In this document: positions 53,947-64,000 of the stretch, piece after piece
Numbering within the stretch: the stretch's first letter is position 1
Layout of the letters: each line of letters begins with the position of its first letter
From: Deltaproteobacteria bacterium
GTDB taxonomy: Bacteria; Myxococcota; XYA12-FULL-58-9; JAFGEK01
Length of the DNA: 64,000 bases
Direction of reading: 5' to 3'
Assembly (NCBI GenBank): GCA_016931625.1
Contig: JAFGEK010000079.1
Span: forward strand, 258-64,257
Notes under the pieces: generated by a model
What the model was told of the DNA's origin: nothing
Databases searched by the model: none
Seen by the model: only the letters and a program-made list of their open reading frames with translations
Program-made: the position numbers and the translations under genes

Positions 53947-56906
53947 CTCGAGGTGTTGCAATGAGCAAGAAGCGAGTACATGAATTGGCAAAAGAGTATG
54001 GGCTTGACACTCGAGAAGTGTTACAGCGCCTGCAAAATGCAGGAGTAGACGCAAAAAGTCACTCTAGCTCTGTTTATGAAGAAGAAGCCCGGCAGATACT
54101 TGGCAAAACAAAAGCTGATGAAGCAGCTGAAGCCGCAGCAGCATCGCCAAGACGCCCGGGCATGATGATTGTTAAAAAACGACAAGATATTAAACCTAGG
54201 GTTGAAACTGCAAAGGTTGATGCCACGGTAGCTAATATGCCAGTGATTACAGCGCCAGTTGGAAAGATAGCCAAAGAGCAAATTAATGAGAATATTGACA
54301 CTGTCGTAAAAGAAATAGAAAAACCAGCAACAACTAAAGAAGAAGTCACAAAAACTATGGTTGCCATACCCCCTGAAGCAAAGGCTGAGGTGAGATCATC
54401 CAAGCCGTCAACCAGAGCTTCATCAGCACCTGTCACATCTACACAAAAAGACTCACGAGAGCGCAAAGACAATAGGCACACCGAAGGTAGGAACAAGCCA
54501 TCTTCGACGCACGGCGGTCCTCAAGAAAAAGAGCGTAAACATAATAACCATCAATCTCGCCATCAACATGGCCATTCACGCAATCATGGCCAGCAGCAGT
54601 CAAAATCTGGTGGGGCTTCACAAAATTCTTCAACACCTTCACGATCACGACCAGGTGTAGCCACTGTTGTACGTATGATTGATCGTGAGAAATTGATGGA
54701 ACGCGTTCCAAGTCGGCGACTTGGCGGCAGCAGTGGTGGTAGTAGTGGTAGTGGTAGTGGTAGTGGTAGTCATTCAGGTGGCGGCCATCAAGGTCAAAAT
54801 GATCGAAGACCATCATCAAACAATGGTCCGGCACAGCGTTTTGGTCAAGTTACCGAACTTAAAGTTGTGACGGATCCTTTTGGTCGCGGTCGTGAAATGA
54901 TTAATGTTGGTCGCGATCGTAAATCTAAATCGCCACCTTCTGGTAAGGTTTCAAAAAAAGAACGTGCACCGAGTAAGCGTGATTTACTCGAGATGCGTGA
55001 ACGAGTGCTTCACCCAGCAAGATTGAAGCGTAAAAAGTCGGCGGTAAAAGGCATCAAGAAACAGGATGTTATCGAGCGTAAAGCTTCAAAACGCATTATT
55101 CGTATGAAAGAAAGCATAATTGTTGCCGATTTTGCGCATCAGCTTGGTGTTAAAGTTACTGAAATCATCTCAAAACTCATGGGTTTGGGGATGATGATAA
55201 CACAAAATCAATCAATTGATTTAGATACAGCAACGTTGCTTGCTGCTGAATACGAGTACACTGTTGAATCAACGGCTTTTAATGAAGAAAATGCGCTTGA
55301 AGCATTAGATGCTACTAAAGAAGACGAAGACCAGCAATCACGTCCACCAGTTGTTACAGTAATGGGGCACGTTGATCATGGTAAAACTTCTTTACTTGAT
55401 GCTATTCGTGCTTCACGCATAGCTGCAGGTGAAGCTGGTGGCATCACCCAACATATTGGTGCATATCAAGTTGACGTAGCAGAAAAGGGCAAAATTACTT
55501 TTCTTGATACCCCAGGTCATGCAGCATTTACTTCTATGCGTGCCCGTGGCGCTCAAGTTACTGATATTGTTGTATTGGTTGTCGCCGCTGACGATGGTGT
55601 TATGCCGCAAACTGAAGAAGCGGTAAAGCATGCTCAAGCGGCTAAGGTACCTATTATTGTTGCGGTCAATAAAATTGATCGTCCTGATGCTAAGCCTGAT
55701 CGGGTTATGCAAGAGCTTGCTTCTAAGTTTGACTTAACCCCTGAAGCGTGGGGTGGACAAACTCTCTATGTAAATACCTCAGCGATTAAGGGACAAGGTA
55801 TTAATGATTTGCTTGATGCAATATTGCTACAAGCCGAAGTTTTAGAGCTTAAAGCAAGTGCTAATCGAGCCGCAGTTGGTGTAGTTTTAGAGGCAAAACT
55901 CGATCGTGGTCGAGGTCCGGTTGCTACTGTATTAGTACAAACAGGTACATTAAAACGAAGTGATTCGATAGTTGTTGGCGAGTATGTTGGTAAAGTACGA
56001 GCCATGCAAGATGATCAAGGCAGTAGTTTAGACTCTGCGGGCCCATCTGCAGCAGTTGAAATCACTGGTATCGAAGGTGTTCCGGCAGCAGGTGATACTG
56101 TACATACGGTTGCTTCAGAGAAAACTGCACGTGAAATTATTACTCATCGTATACAACGTAAGAACCAAGAAGCGGCTCAGCGCAGTGCGGTTACGCTTGA
56201 AGATATGATGAAGCGTATGCAAGACGCTGATGACCTTGAAGTCAAAGTTATTTTAAAAGCTGACGTGCAAGGTTCAGTTGAAGCAGTTAAAGAAGCCTTG
56301 CTTGGTTTAGTAACGCCTGAAGTTAAAGTCACCATAGTTTTAGCGGGTGTCGGCGGTATTAAAGAATCTGATATTACTTTAGCCGCTGCATCTAAAGGTA
56401 TAGTTGTTGGCTTTAATGTTCGTCCCGATAACAATGCTCGCGAGCTGGCAGAGCGTGAAGGCGTACAAATTCGTAGCTACAATATTATTTATGAAGTGAT
56501 TGAAGATGTTCGTCTTGCAATGCAAGGTTTATTGGCACCAGAAACTCGTGAGAAACTACTTGGTCATGCAGAAGTGCGTGAAGTCTTTCGTATTACCAAG
56601 GTTGGTCAAATTGCTGGATGCCGCTTAATAGATGGCAAAGCATTACGTGCAGCTCGTGTACGCGTATTACGTGATAGCGTACAAATTCACGATGGTTCGG
56701 TTTCTTCTTTGAAACATTTCAAAAATGACGTACGAGAAGTTGATGCAGGCCAAGAATGTGGTGTCGGCGTGCAGGATTATAACGACATCAAAGTTGGCGA
56801 TATGCTTGAGTTCTATCAAATTGAAGAAATCGCACGTGTATTGCATGCACCAGTAACTAGTGGCAAACGTCATGACGGTGGTTCGGGTGCATCAGCAACC
56901 CCATAA
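53943..56906 (+). CDS. infB: translation initiation factor IF-2
   Basis: GTPase G1 GHVDHGKTS, DTPGH, NKID. There is a low-complexity N-terminal region including a (GS)n tract. Confidence 0.95.
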   Translation: MTRGVAMSKKRVHELAKEYGLDTREVLQRLQNAGVDAKSHSSSVYEEEARQILGKTKADEAAEAAAASPRRPGMMIVKKRQDIKPRVETAKVDATVANMPVITAPVGKIAKEQINENIDTVVKEIEKPATTKEEVTKTMVAIPPEAKAEVRSSKPSTRASSAPVTSTQKDSRERKDNRHTEGRNKPSSTHGGPQEKERKHNNHQSRHQHGHSRNHGQQQSKSGGASQNSSTPSRSRPGVATVVRMIDREKLMERVPSRRLGGSSGGSSGSGSGSGSHSGGGHQGQNDRRPSSNNGPAQRFGQVTELKVVTDPFGRGREMINVGRDRKSKSPPSGKVSKKERAPSKRDLLEMRERVLHPARLKRKKSAVKGIKKQDVIERKASKRIIRMKESIIVADFAHQLGVKVTEIISKLMGLGMMITQNQSIDLDTATLLAAEYEYTVESTAFNEENALEALDATKEDEDQQSRPPVVTVMGHVDHGKTSLLDAIRASRIAAGEAGGITQHIGAYQVDVAEKGKITFLDTPGHAAFTSMRARGAQVTDIVVLVVAADDGVMPQTEEAVKHAQAAKVPIIVAVNKIDRPDAKPDRVMQELASKFDLTPEAWGGQTLYVNTSAIKGQGINDLLDAILLQAEVLELKASANRAAVGVVLEAKLDRGRGPVATVLVQTGTLKRSDSIVVGEYVGKVRAMQDDQGSSLDSAGPSAAVEITGIEGVPAAGDTVHTVASEKTAREIITHRIQRKNQEAAQRSAVTLEDMMKRMQDADDLEVKVILKADVQGSVEAVKEALLGLVTPEVKVTIVLAGVGGIKESDITLAAASKGIVVGFNVRPDNNARELAEREGVQIRSYNIIYEVIEDVRLAMQGLLAPETREKLLGHAEVREVFRITKVGQIAGCRLIDGKALRAARVRVLRDSVQIHDGSVSSLKHFKNDVREVDAGQECGVGVQDYNDIKVGDMLEFYQIEEIARVLHAPVTSGKRHDGGSGASATP

Positions 56907-56984
56907 GTATATCTAATTTTTAAGATTTGCTTTTTTAAGGTATTACGTTTTTATATCCTTTGTGATCAAAGGTTTGGGGTTTAT

Positions 56985-57272
56985 ATGATTGTTGGAGTCA
57001 TGGAATTAACCATGGCGTTGTATGACAACGATTCATTAAAAGATAAGCGATCAGTAGTTAAAAGGACAATCGGTCGCTTACAGAGTAATTTTAATATTGC
57101 TGCAGCCGAAGTCGAAGATCAAGATTGCACAGATCATGCGGTGCTTGGGATTGTTGCTGTAGGTAATGATCGTCGTTACGTTCAAGGATTACTCGATAAA
57201 GTTGAGCATTTCGTTATTAAAATGGCGCTAGCAGATGTGCTCGATGCTCATAAGATTATTGAGAATTATTAA
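56985..57272 (+). CDS. DUF503 (YlxP-like) protein
   Basis: ...SLKDKRSVVKRTIGRLQSNFNIAAAEVEDQD... is the typical DUF503 signature. It occupies the position normally followed by rbfA. Confidence 0.7.
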   Translation: MIVGVMELTMALYDNDSLKDKRSVVKRTIGRLQSNFNIAAAEVEDQDCTDHAVLGIVAVGNDRRYVQGLLDKVEHFVIKMALADVLDAHKIIENY

Positions 57273-57285
57273 AATAACGTAACTA

Positions 57286-58092
57286 TTAAGGTGAATTGCA
57301 GGGATCATTAGCGGTGGCAGGCTTTGCTTTCGAATCTAATGAATCAATAGGACAACCACTGTTAGGTTTACGATCAGAGGCTTTTGTAAGTGGATTTGCT
57401 GTCGTAGTAAAACTCCAACTAATGGGTATAGTCGGTAAGATATTACCATCAAAGTCGGTACCACCGGTGGGAGTTATAGTTATACGTAGTCTTTGTTTTG
57501 CAGGAAATATGCGAGTATCAAGTTTAAAACGCCATTCTTTATTTGTAGCATTATAAGTGGCCTTTGCATTTAAACCTGTATCGACCCAGGTTTTGCCATT
57601 ATGATATTCAAGTTTAAAAATTCCGGTAGGTGGTGTTTTTAAAGGCGCATCAATCAAAAGTACAGCTTGGCCAAGTAAAGGATTAATGTTGATAGCATGA
57701 CTTATAGGTAGAATAGGTTTAAAAATATTTTTTTTAGTAGTGCAGCTAAGATTAATAGTTTTTTCGAAATCAAGCGGAATAGCTGATGATGGGCTAATAT
57801 TGCATTCTGTTTGAGAAGGTTGTGATTCAATAGAAATATTTAACGAAGTGGTATTTGGTATTCTCGCAATTTTTAGTTGCATACGGCCATTATTGGTTAT
57901 GTATATAATAGTTGTTTTATTTATTGCTAAACCAACTCGACCGGTTATTCCTTTGGCTGAAATCCAAAGTTTTATTGCTTGTGCTTGTGAAGTTTTATTT
58001 TTAGCCTGTGCTCTTGGATTGGTCCATGTAAAACTAATACACAGGCAAAAACAAAAATAAAACATAAACGATTTATTTGGATATAAAATCAT
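57286..58092 (-). CDS. hypothetical secreted protein
   Basis: N-terminal hydrophobic signal; Thr/Asn-rich, probably beta-rich. Confidence 0.45.
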   Translation of the reverse strand: MILYPNKSFMFYFCFCLCISFTWTNPRAQAKNKTSQAQAIKLWISAKGITGRVGLAINKTTIIYITNNGRMQLKIARIPNTTSLNISIESQPSQTECNISPSSAIPLDFEKTINLSCTTKKNIFKPILPISHAININPLLGQAVLLIDAPLKTPPTGIFKLEYHNGKTWVDTGLNAKATYNATNKEWRFKLDTRIFPAKQRLRITITPTGGTDFDGNILPTIPISWSFTTTANPLTKASDRKPNSGCPIDSLDSKAKPATANDPCNSP

Positions 58093-58149
58093 ATAAATAT
58101 TTCATTAACATAATTGTTTTGATGAAGTAACTCTAAGTTTCGTTTAATT

Positions 58150-59874
58150 TTATGGTTCAGAGGAAGATATAAAAGGTAACATAATAGTAAATTCGGTTCC
58201 ATTATCTGAGTTAGAAGTAACATGCAAAGCGCCATTGTGTTGCTGAATAATTTCTCGGCATATGCTTAAACCTAAACCAGTATGTCCATCATTGGCTTTA
58301 GTGGTAAAAAATGGTTCAAAAACACGTGAAAGGCTAGTGGGTAAAATTCCAGGACCAGTATCAATAATATGTAGTAATACTTGATTATCATTTCGTTGTG
58401 CTTTAATTTTAAGTTCACGTTTTGTACATGTTGGCGCTCGCATGGCTTCTTCAGCGTTCATAAGCAGATGTAAAACAACTTCTGCTATTTGTCCCGGATT
58501 TGCAGAGATAGATAAATTAGGAGCCAAATCAAGTTCAATAGCTGCGGTACAACGCATTTGTGCGCCAGCGATACGCAAAGCAGAACGTACAGCATCACCT
58601 AAGTCAAATACTGATGAATCAGTTTTTTCACTACGCGATATTAGCCGGACATCGCGCGCAATTTCCATAATGCGTGAAGCGCCATTTTCAGCGCTGGCAA
58701 TCATTTGCTTAATATTTTCGAGTGTATTCTTATCGCTTTGGTAATTGTTGTCTTCGTTATCATTATTTATATGGTCAAGTTCGTAGCGGACTAATTCTAA
58801 ATTAGCCAAAATGCATGAGAGAGGATTATTTATTTCGTGCACCATACCTGCGGCTAGTTGGCCAACTGCACCAAGACGCGAAGCACCAGCCATAGTGTGT
58901 ATTCTACGTAAATTATCAAGAGCTATAGCCACTTGATGAGCCAATAAATCTGCACGATCTAGGTCGCGTTGAATAAAAGGACGATGTGCTGGTCGACGAT
59001 TAAGAGTTAAGACACCAACAAGCGATACTCCACGAAACAGCGGATAAACAATACTGCTTAGGGGACGGTTTGCTTGAGGAATGTTATTGAATCGCAAGTC
59101 ACCATTAAGTCCGCCATTTAATACAACAGGAGTTCGTTTAGTTGCTATACGGCCGGCAACACATGAATCCATAGGTATGCTTTGACCTGCAGTTTGAATA
59201 GCATGAGGATTTGTTGAGTGAGCTACATACAATCTTCCTTCACCATCAGGTAAAAGCAGTGATGCTTCATCGGCATTCATAACAAAAGCAGCATTTTTAA
59301 CGATGAATTCAGGTAAATGTTCACGCTCAGCACTGAATACATCGTGAATGGCACTACATAATTTGCCAATATACTGATGGTAGCGATATTTAGATGTTTG
59401 ATTCAATATATCAACTAGTTCTGTTTCAATCAGTGGACGCTGCAATATATCAAATGCACCAGCACGAAGTGTTGCTACTGCTCGCTTTAAAGAATTAGTG
59501 GTTGCAACTGAAACAACTACAGTTTCAGGTTCTTTTTGAGTTAACGTATCAATTACAGTAACTGCGTCTGCTTGTAGAAAATCAATATCAACTAGACATA
59601 ATTCAATAGTAATAATGCGTAAGTACTTCAATGCATGCCTAAGGTCAGTAACAGCAATGACACTTGCATTTAGATTATTGGCAATTTCAGTAGTTTCTTG
59701 GGCAAATGAAGTATCACCAATAACTAGTATTTTACCGATGTCGTTAACATTGTTGCTATGCATTATAGTATTTAATGAAGATGACACTTTTGGCCTATTT
59801 ACCGCATGATGAAGTCGAGAATGATCAGTAACAGCAATAATAGTAGGTTTTTGCTTTTTTGTAAAAGCTACCAT
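58150..59874 (-). CDS. hybrid sensor histidine kinase (receiver, GAF, HisKA, HATPase)
   Basis: The receiver domain has the LCLVDIDF phospho-Asp context. H-box MVHEINNPLSCI. G-box ...GHTGLGLSICREII. Confidence 0.8.
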   Translation of the reverse strand: MVAFTKKQKPTIIAVTDHSRLHHAVNRPKVSSSLNTIMHSNNVNDIGKILVIGDTSFAQETTEIANNLNASVIAVTDLRHALKYLRIITIELCLVDIDFLQADAVTVIDTLTQKEPETVVVSVATTNSLKRAVATLRAGAFDILQRPLIETELVDILNQTSKYRYHQYIGKLCSAIHDVFSAEREHLPEFIVKNAAFVMNADEASLLLPDGEGRLYVAHSTNPHAIQTAGQSIPMDSCVAGRIATKRTPVVLNGGLNGDLRFNNIPQANRPLSSIVYPLFRGVSLVGVLTLNRRPAHRPFIQRDLDRADLLAHQVAIALDNLRRIHTMAGASRLGAVGQLAAGMVHEINNPLSCILANLELVRYELDHINNDNEDNNYQSDKNTLENIKQMIASAENGASRIMEIARDVRLISRSEKTDSSVFDLGDAVRSALRIAGAQMRCTAAIELDLAPNLSISANPGQIAEVVLHLLMNAEEAMRAPTCTKRELKIKAQRNDNQVLLHIIDTGPGILPTSLSRVFEPFFTTKANDGHTGLGLSICREIIQQHNGALHVTSNSDNGTEFTIMLPFISSSEP

Positions 59875-60170
59875 CTAATTCCTCAATGGTAAGCTTTGCA
59901 AAATGTATACCAATATAGCTATTAGTTATTGATTACCTTAATAATGTGAACAACATAACAATTATTCGAAGTTTATATCATGTTGATGTATTAGAATTAC
60001 AAAGTGTTATGGTATTTTAAGCCCAGGGTATAATCACCCCAGTGCAATATAATTGCATGATAGGTAAGTAAATTGCTGATGACATATATAAAAATAATAG
60101 TAGGTAAAAAATACCCACATATGAGTTATAATGGTTTGCTTAATATTTTTTTAAAGAATATGGTTTAAGA

Positions 60171-61724
60171 ATGTTTGTAATATGGGTTTTAAAATTACAG
60201 GTACATGAAATGCTTACAATTTTAAAAATAGGATTAATTGTTACTATATTCATTGGAAATATAAATATGGTATACGCCAGCCCAAGGTTATCGATAGGCA
60301 AAAAATTTGGCTGCATTATTAAAGAAGGGCAGGTAATATGTTTTGGTGATCATGGATATAGTGTTACCCCAAAAAATTCATCAGTATATATTCCTAAACT
60401 TAGTAATGTAAAACAGATATCTGTCGGTAGAGATCATGCATGCGCAATAACAAATAAAAAAAGGGTATGGTGTTGGGGTGATACGGATTATGGTTTTCTA
60501 GGAGATAATAAAGACAGGAAAAATGAGCAACGACAAATACCAGTGGCTGTCTGGAAAATTAATAACGCGGTTAGTATAGCTTGTGGCGATTCATTTAGTT
60601 GTGCGCTACATCAAAATGGTGAGGTATCTTGTTGGGGCCTTGGCATTGGCGGGATTTTAGGTACAGAAAAACGTTATAGTATAAAGCCGATAAAAATAAA
60701 GGGTTTAAAAAACATTAAAAAAATTGTAGCTGCAGATCAGTTTGCCTGTGCTATTGATCAAACAAAAAAAGCTTATTGTTGGGGTACAAATAAATCAGAT
60801 TTATTTGCAATACCTAACAGTAGATCATATCAGCGTTATTATAAACCCGTAAAAATATTGCTTGAAGATTTATCACAGCTTGCCTTTGGCGAAGAACATG
60901 CATGTGCACTTAAAACCAACGGAGGGATATGGTGTTGGGGTGAGAATGTTTATGGTCAAGTTGGAGTAGAAACACCTAAGACGATTATTAAACCTTTTCG
61001 TCTTGATAACCTAAAGGCAAGTTTTATCACTTTAGGTTTTGCGCATACATGCATATTACAAAAAGATGGTAGGGCCGCCTGTTGGGGACTAAATGATCAT
61101 GGTGAGTTATCACAAGATGAGAATAGTTTCGAGCATTCGGTAAAACCGATAATGATTGAAAATGAACAAGCAATAGTTGATATTACGGCGGTAGAAGAAT
61201 TTACCTGTATATTACAAGAAGATAGTAATATTAAATGTTGGGGTAAAGTTGATAGATTATTGGTTGATAATCAAGCCAGACAAAAAAATAATAAATTAAA
61301 TATAAATATCGCTCATGCAGCAAAAGTAAAAACAATAAATAATGGTAAAAAAATATTTTTTAGTTCTAAAGACCCAACCTCAGATGTAGCTTCAAATCTT
61401 AGTAATATACAAGTTGGTAATGGTGTTGGCGGGATTAAAGGATATCCTGTTAAAGGAGCAATTAGTACCGTTTCATTAGAGATGCATTGCCAGACGAATG
61501 CTAAAAAAGTAAAGATAGGCGAAGAATTATCGTTAGCAGTTTTAAATTTACCTGAAGATGTATTAGTACAAATTGGTGAGACTAAAGCGAAGATTTTACA
61601 AAAAAAATTAAAACAATTAGTAGTGATAGTACCACCACCAAAGTTTGGGGTTGGTAAGAAGAAAATTATATTGAGTTTGCCTGATCGTATAGTTATGTGC
61701 GGTGAAATAATAATTACAGAATGA
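60171..61724 (+). CDS. secreted RCC1-repeat protein
   Basis: The signal peptide MLTILKIGLIVTIFIGNINMVYA places the likely true start at 60210. There are about 7 repeats of ..CA....G.V.CWG.N..GQLG. Confidence 0.75.
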   Translation: MFVIWVLKLQVHEMLTILKIGLIVTIFIGNINMVYASPRLSIGKKFGCIIKEGQVICFGDHGYSVTPKNSSVYIPKLSNVKQISVGRDHACAITNKKRVWCWGDTDYGFLGDNKDRKNEQRQIPVAVWKINNAVSIACGDSFSCALHQNGEVSCWGLGIGGILGTEKRYSIKPIKIKGLKNIKKIVAADQFACAIDQTKKAYCWGTNKSDLFAIPNSRSYQRYYKPVKILLEDLSQLAFGEEHACALKTNGGIWCWGENVYGQVGVETPKTIIKPFRLDNLKASFITLGFAHTCILQKDGRAACWGLNDHGELSQDENSFEHSVKPIMIENEQAIVDITAVEEFTCILQEDSNIKCWGKVDRLLVDNQARQKNNKLNINIAHAAKVKTINNGKKIFFSSKDPTSDVASNLSNIQVGNGVGGIKGYPVKGAISTVSLEMHCQTNAKKVKIGEELSLAVLNLPEDVLVQIGETKAKILQKKLKQLVVIVPPPKFGVGKKKIILSLPDRIVMCGEIIITE

Positions 61725-61762
61725 AAAAATAGTATTTAAATATATAAGAAAAGAGAATTCTT

Positions 61763-62704
61763 ATGATTGTATCAGTAAAAAATCTGACTTTTGATTACCC
61801 AGGGACACGGGCTTTAGATGATGTTTCGTTTGAACTCGTACCGCAAAGTATTACGGCTTTAGTCGGTCCGAATGGTGCCGGTAAAACAACATTATTACGT
61901 TGTTTGGCAGCATTAGAAGAACCAATGACTGGTGAGATTGTAATTAATGGTATAGATACGATTGCAAAGCCGCGTTTATGTCATAGCCAAGTCGGCTATC
62001 TTTCTGATTTTTTTGGTCTCTATGATGAACTCACCGTTTATCATTGTTTGCAACACGCCGCAGCGATGCGGGGTTTTAAAGGTCAAAAAGTTTATGATTA
62101 TACTCATAAGACTGCGGCACGATTAGATTTAACCGATAAACTCACCAAACATGCCAGCGAATTATCTCGTGGCTGGCGACAACGCCTTGCTATTGCACAG
62201 GCGATAATACATGATCCAAAAATATTGTTGCTTGATGAACCAGCATCTGGTCTTGATCCCGAAGCTAGGCATTCTCTCGCAACATTATTTTTAGAGCTTA
62301 AAGATAGCGGGATGACACTTTTAGTTTCTTCGCATATTCTCGCAGAGTTAGAAGAATACTCAACCAATATGTTGGTTTTGCGTGAAGGTAAAATAACTGA
62401 TTGTAGCCAAACTAATTTTATTTCGAATAAATCTGAAAATATTGCAGCCTGTGTGATAAATTTGGTGCAACCAATTAATGATTTAGAACAGCAACTCAGT
62501 AGCATTGATGGACTAAGTGATATTAGTTGTAAAGAATTATCAGCACGTTTTTTATATACCAATGATGCTGAAGCTCAGCATAAGTTATTGCGTCAATTAA
62601 TTGAACGCGACTTGCCAATTTGCGGTTTTATGATTGAAAAACGTAGCATGCAAGATGTGTATCTATCAATTAAAGATAAGCACGATAAGGAGTACAGCAA
62701 GTGA
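61763..62704 (+). CDS. ABC transporter ATP-binding protein
   Basis: Walker A GPNGAGKTT, signature LSRGWRQRL, Walker B LLLDEP. Confidence 0.9.
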   Translation: MIVSVKNLTFDYPGTRALDDVSFELVPQSITALVGPNGAGKTTLLRCLAALEEPMTGEIVINGIDTIAKPRLCHSQVGYLSDFFGLYDELTVYHCLQHAAAMRGFKGQKVYDYTHKTAARLDLTDKLTKHASELSRGWRQRLAIAQAIIHDPKILLLDEPASGLDPEARHSLATLFLELKDSGMTLLVSSHILAELEEYSTNMLVLREGKITDCSQTNFISNKSENIAACVINLVQPINDLEQQLSSIDGLSDISCKELSARFLYTNDAEAQHKLLRQLIERDLPICGFMIEKRSMQDVYLSIKDKHDKEYSK

Positions 62705-64000
62705 TTATTAACCCTGAATTACGGCGTAATCTCTGGCTTGAAATAACCCATACTCGTCTAATAGTCATGCCGATTGTACTTGGTTCGATTTTTGCATTAC
62801 TCTACCTTGCAAGTGCAGATGCAGATTTAATAGGTTCAATAACTATAGTTATTTATATTGCGCTGACCTTTTTTTGGGGAGCAAGATTAGCTAGTGAATC
62901 AATTTTTGCCGAAGTTCGCGAGCGTACTTGGGACGCCCAACGCCTATCTTCAATTAGCCCGTGGACTATGACTTGGGGTAAATTATTCGGTAGTACAGCA
63001 TATGCTTGGTATGGCGGTGTTTTTTGTCTGGCAGTTTTCATTTGGCAAGTACGTTTTGATAATGATTGGTATAAGACAGTATTGATTTTGATACTTGGTG
63101 CATTGTTAGTGCAAACACTTGCATTATTTTCTAGCATGCACATGATTATAAAAAGTAAAGTAATTTCACGTTCACAATCTGCGGCTGTCCCTCTTTTAGC
63201 TATAGCAGCTATGATTCCATTTTTAATTATTGGTGTATCTACTAAGGTAACTAATTTTACTTTTTTTCAATATTCGTTTGCGTCTATTGATTTCAGTTTA
63301 GCATCGCTTATCGCATTTTTAATATGGGCACTTTGGGGAGTTGAAAGGCTAATGCGTGCTGAGCTGAAATATCGTAAAATGCCTATCGCATGGGCGGGCT
63401 TTTTATTGTTTTTAATAGCGTATATTGCAGGGTTTGATTTTTCAGAAGCAATTAATGATTTCAATAAAAATTTAAGTACTCTCTCATCTTGGTTAATTGC
63501 ATTTTTAACTGGTATAGGTATTACTTGGCTTACCATACTCGCTGAAAAGAAAGACCCTATTGCTTGGCAACGTCTGTGGCAAAGAGTTAAAGAGCATAAT
63601 TACCGCCGGGCCATTGAAAGTTTACCGGCATGGAGCATTTCGTTATTTGTTGCGATATTTGCCGCGATTATATTATCAATACTATTGCTTTCAATGACAA
63701 TCATTGATAATACGCCACTAATAATCATAAATTTAGTACTATTTCTTTGTCGTGATGTTGCCTTAGTAATTTGGCTAAATTTATCAGAAAATCAACGCCG
63801 CGCTGATGTTTTTGCGGTTATTTGGTTGTTGCTTATTTATACAATATTCCCGATGTTATTTAAAACTATAGGGTTAACCGCGGTTGCTGCTTGTTTTCGC
63901 GTTGAAACTACTGATTATGCTTTGGTGAGTATGTTCGCTGCATTGCTTGAGTGTATCGCTTTGGGGTATCTTATCAATAGACGTTGGCAGCGCTGGAAAA
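62701..64000 (+). CDS. ABC-2-type transporter permease-like membrane protein (3' partial; frame open to the end of the window)
   Basis: The GTG start overlaps the stop of the ATPase gene. The remaining roughly 1300 nt are stop-free and hydrophobic. Confidence 0.6.
   Translation, partial: MIINPELRRNLWLEITHTRLIVMPIVLGSIFALLYLASADADLIGSITIVIYIALTFFWGARLASESIFAEVRERTWDAQRLSSISPWTMTWGKLFGSTAYAWYGGVFCLAVFIWQVRFDNDWYKTVLILILGALLVQTLALFSSMHMIIKSKVISRSQSAAVPLLAIAAMIPFLIIGVSTKVTNFTFFQYSFASIDFSLASLIAFLIWALWGVERLMRAELKYRKMPIAWAGFLLFLIAYIAGFDFSEAINDFNKNLSTLSSWLIAFLTGIGITWLTILAEKKDPIAWQRLWQRVKEHNYRRAIESLPAWSISLFVAIFAAIILSILLLSMTIIDNTPLIIINLVLFLCRDVALVIWLNLSENQRRADVFAVIWLLLIYTIFPMLFKTIGLTAVAACFRVETTDYALVSMFAALLECIALGYLINRRWQRWK

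Noticed and set aside
51109-54790. Possible CRISPR arrays: the 12 bp x4 repeat in rimP and the ggtagt repeats in infB
   Set aside because: Both are short, in-frame, coding tandem repeats without unique spacers of CRISPR size. No cas genes are in the window.
54021-54834. Minus-strand ORFs within infB (including one with HYHYHYHY)
   Set aside because: They are antisense to a highly conserved essential gene. The repeats mirror the (GS)n-coding tract.
1-64000. tRNA, rRNA, tmRNA genes
   Set aside because: Scanning intergenic regions for T-loop (GGTTCGAnTCC-like) and acceptor-stem patterns gave no convincing candidate. The intergenic regions are mostly AT-rich promoters or gene remnants.

Overview
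This is an AT-rich bacterial chromosomal segment with a conserved core and several islands of accessory, partly decayed genes. Core genes include the 3' end of a treZ-like GH13 gene, a GH57 enzyme, comM, rsmB, metY, murI, two Hsp20 genes, copZ-copA, LPS-type glycosyltransferases, the rimP-nusA-ylxR/L7Ae-infB-DUF503 translation operon, a hybrid histidine kinase and an ABC transporter. The accessory content is as follows. (1) A roughly 4.7 kb island at 4.5-9.3 kb carries a Fic toxin, a nucleotidyltransferase/HEPN-like/DUF4351 fusion and a decayed DUF2326-type ABC ATPase. It is bracketed by two 92 bp copies of the 3' end of a giant RCC1-repeat lipoprotein gene. Nested inside it are two roughly 233 bp copies of the promoter and 5' end of the nucleotidyltransferase gene, which flank the Fic gene. 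(2) A co-directional minus-strand operon of nine genes at 16.4-26.9 kb carries an active KS paired with a triad-less partner (Cys replaced by Asn; chain-length-factor-like), two discrete ACPs, an AMP-dependent ligase, an acyl-CoA dehydrogenase, a B12-binding radical SAM enzyme, and an atypical 2-hydroxyacyl-CoA-dehydratase-like pair whose ATPase activase is fused to one subunit. I do not recognise this combination from any characterised pathway. (3) A secreted protein built of seven tandem 10-cysteine follistatin-like (Cys-rich plus Kazal) modules. (4) A 217 bp MITE with perfect 20 bp terminal inverted repeats, plus three solo copies of the same roughly 20 bp motif elsewhere in the window. (5) A second accessory island at 39-45 kb with two more Fic loci (one an internally deleted remnant), HTH proteins, a DUF1848 Fe-S protein and toxin/antitoxin fragments. 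There are many gene remnants (MATE transporter, four-helix-bundle protein, HEAT repeat, BrnA-like antitoxin and epimerase-like fragments) and several eukaryote-like repeat proteins (RCC1 twice, TPR/coiled-coil, Kazal). Together these suggest a host-associated lifestyle with ongoing genome decay. No rRNA, tRNA or CRISPR array was recognised. All calls rest on reading motifs in the supplied ORF translations and the raw sequence; no database searches were run.
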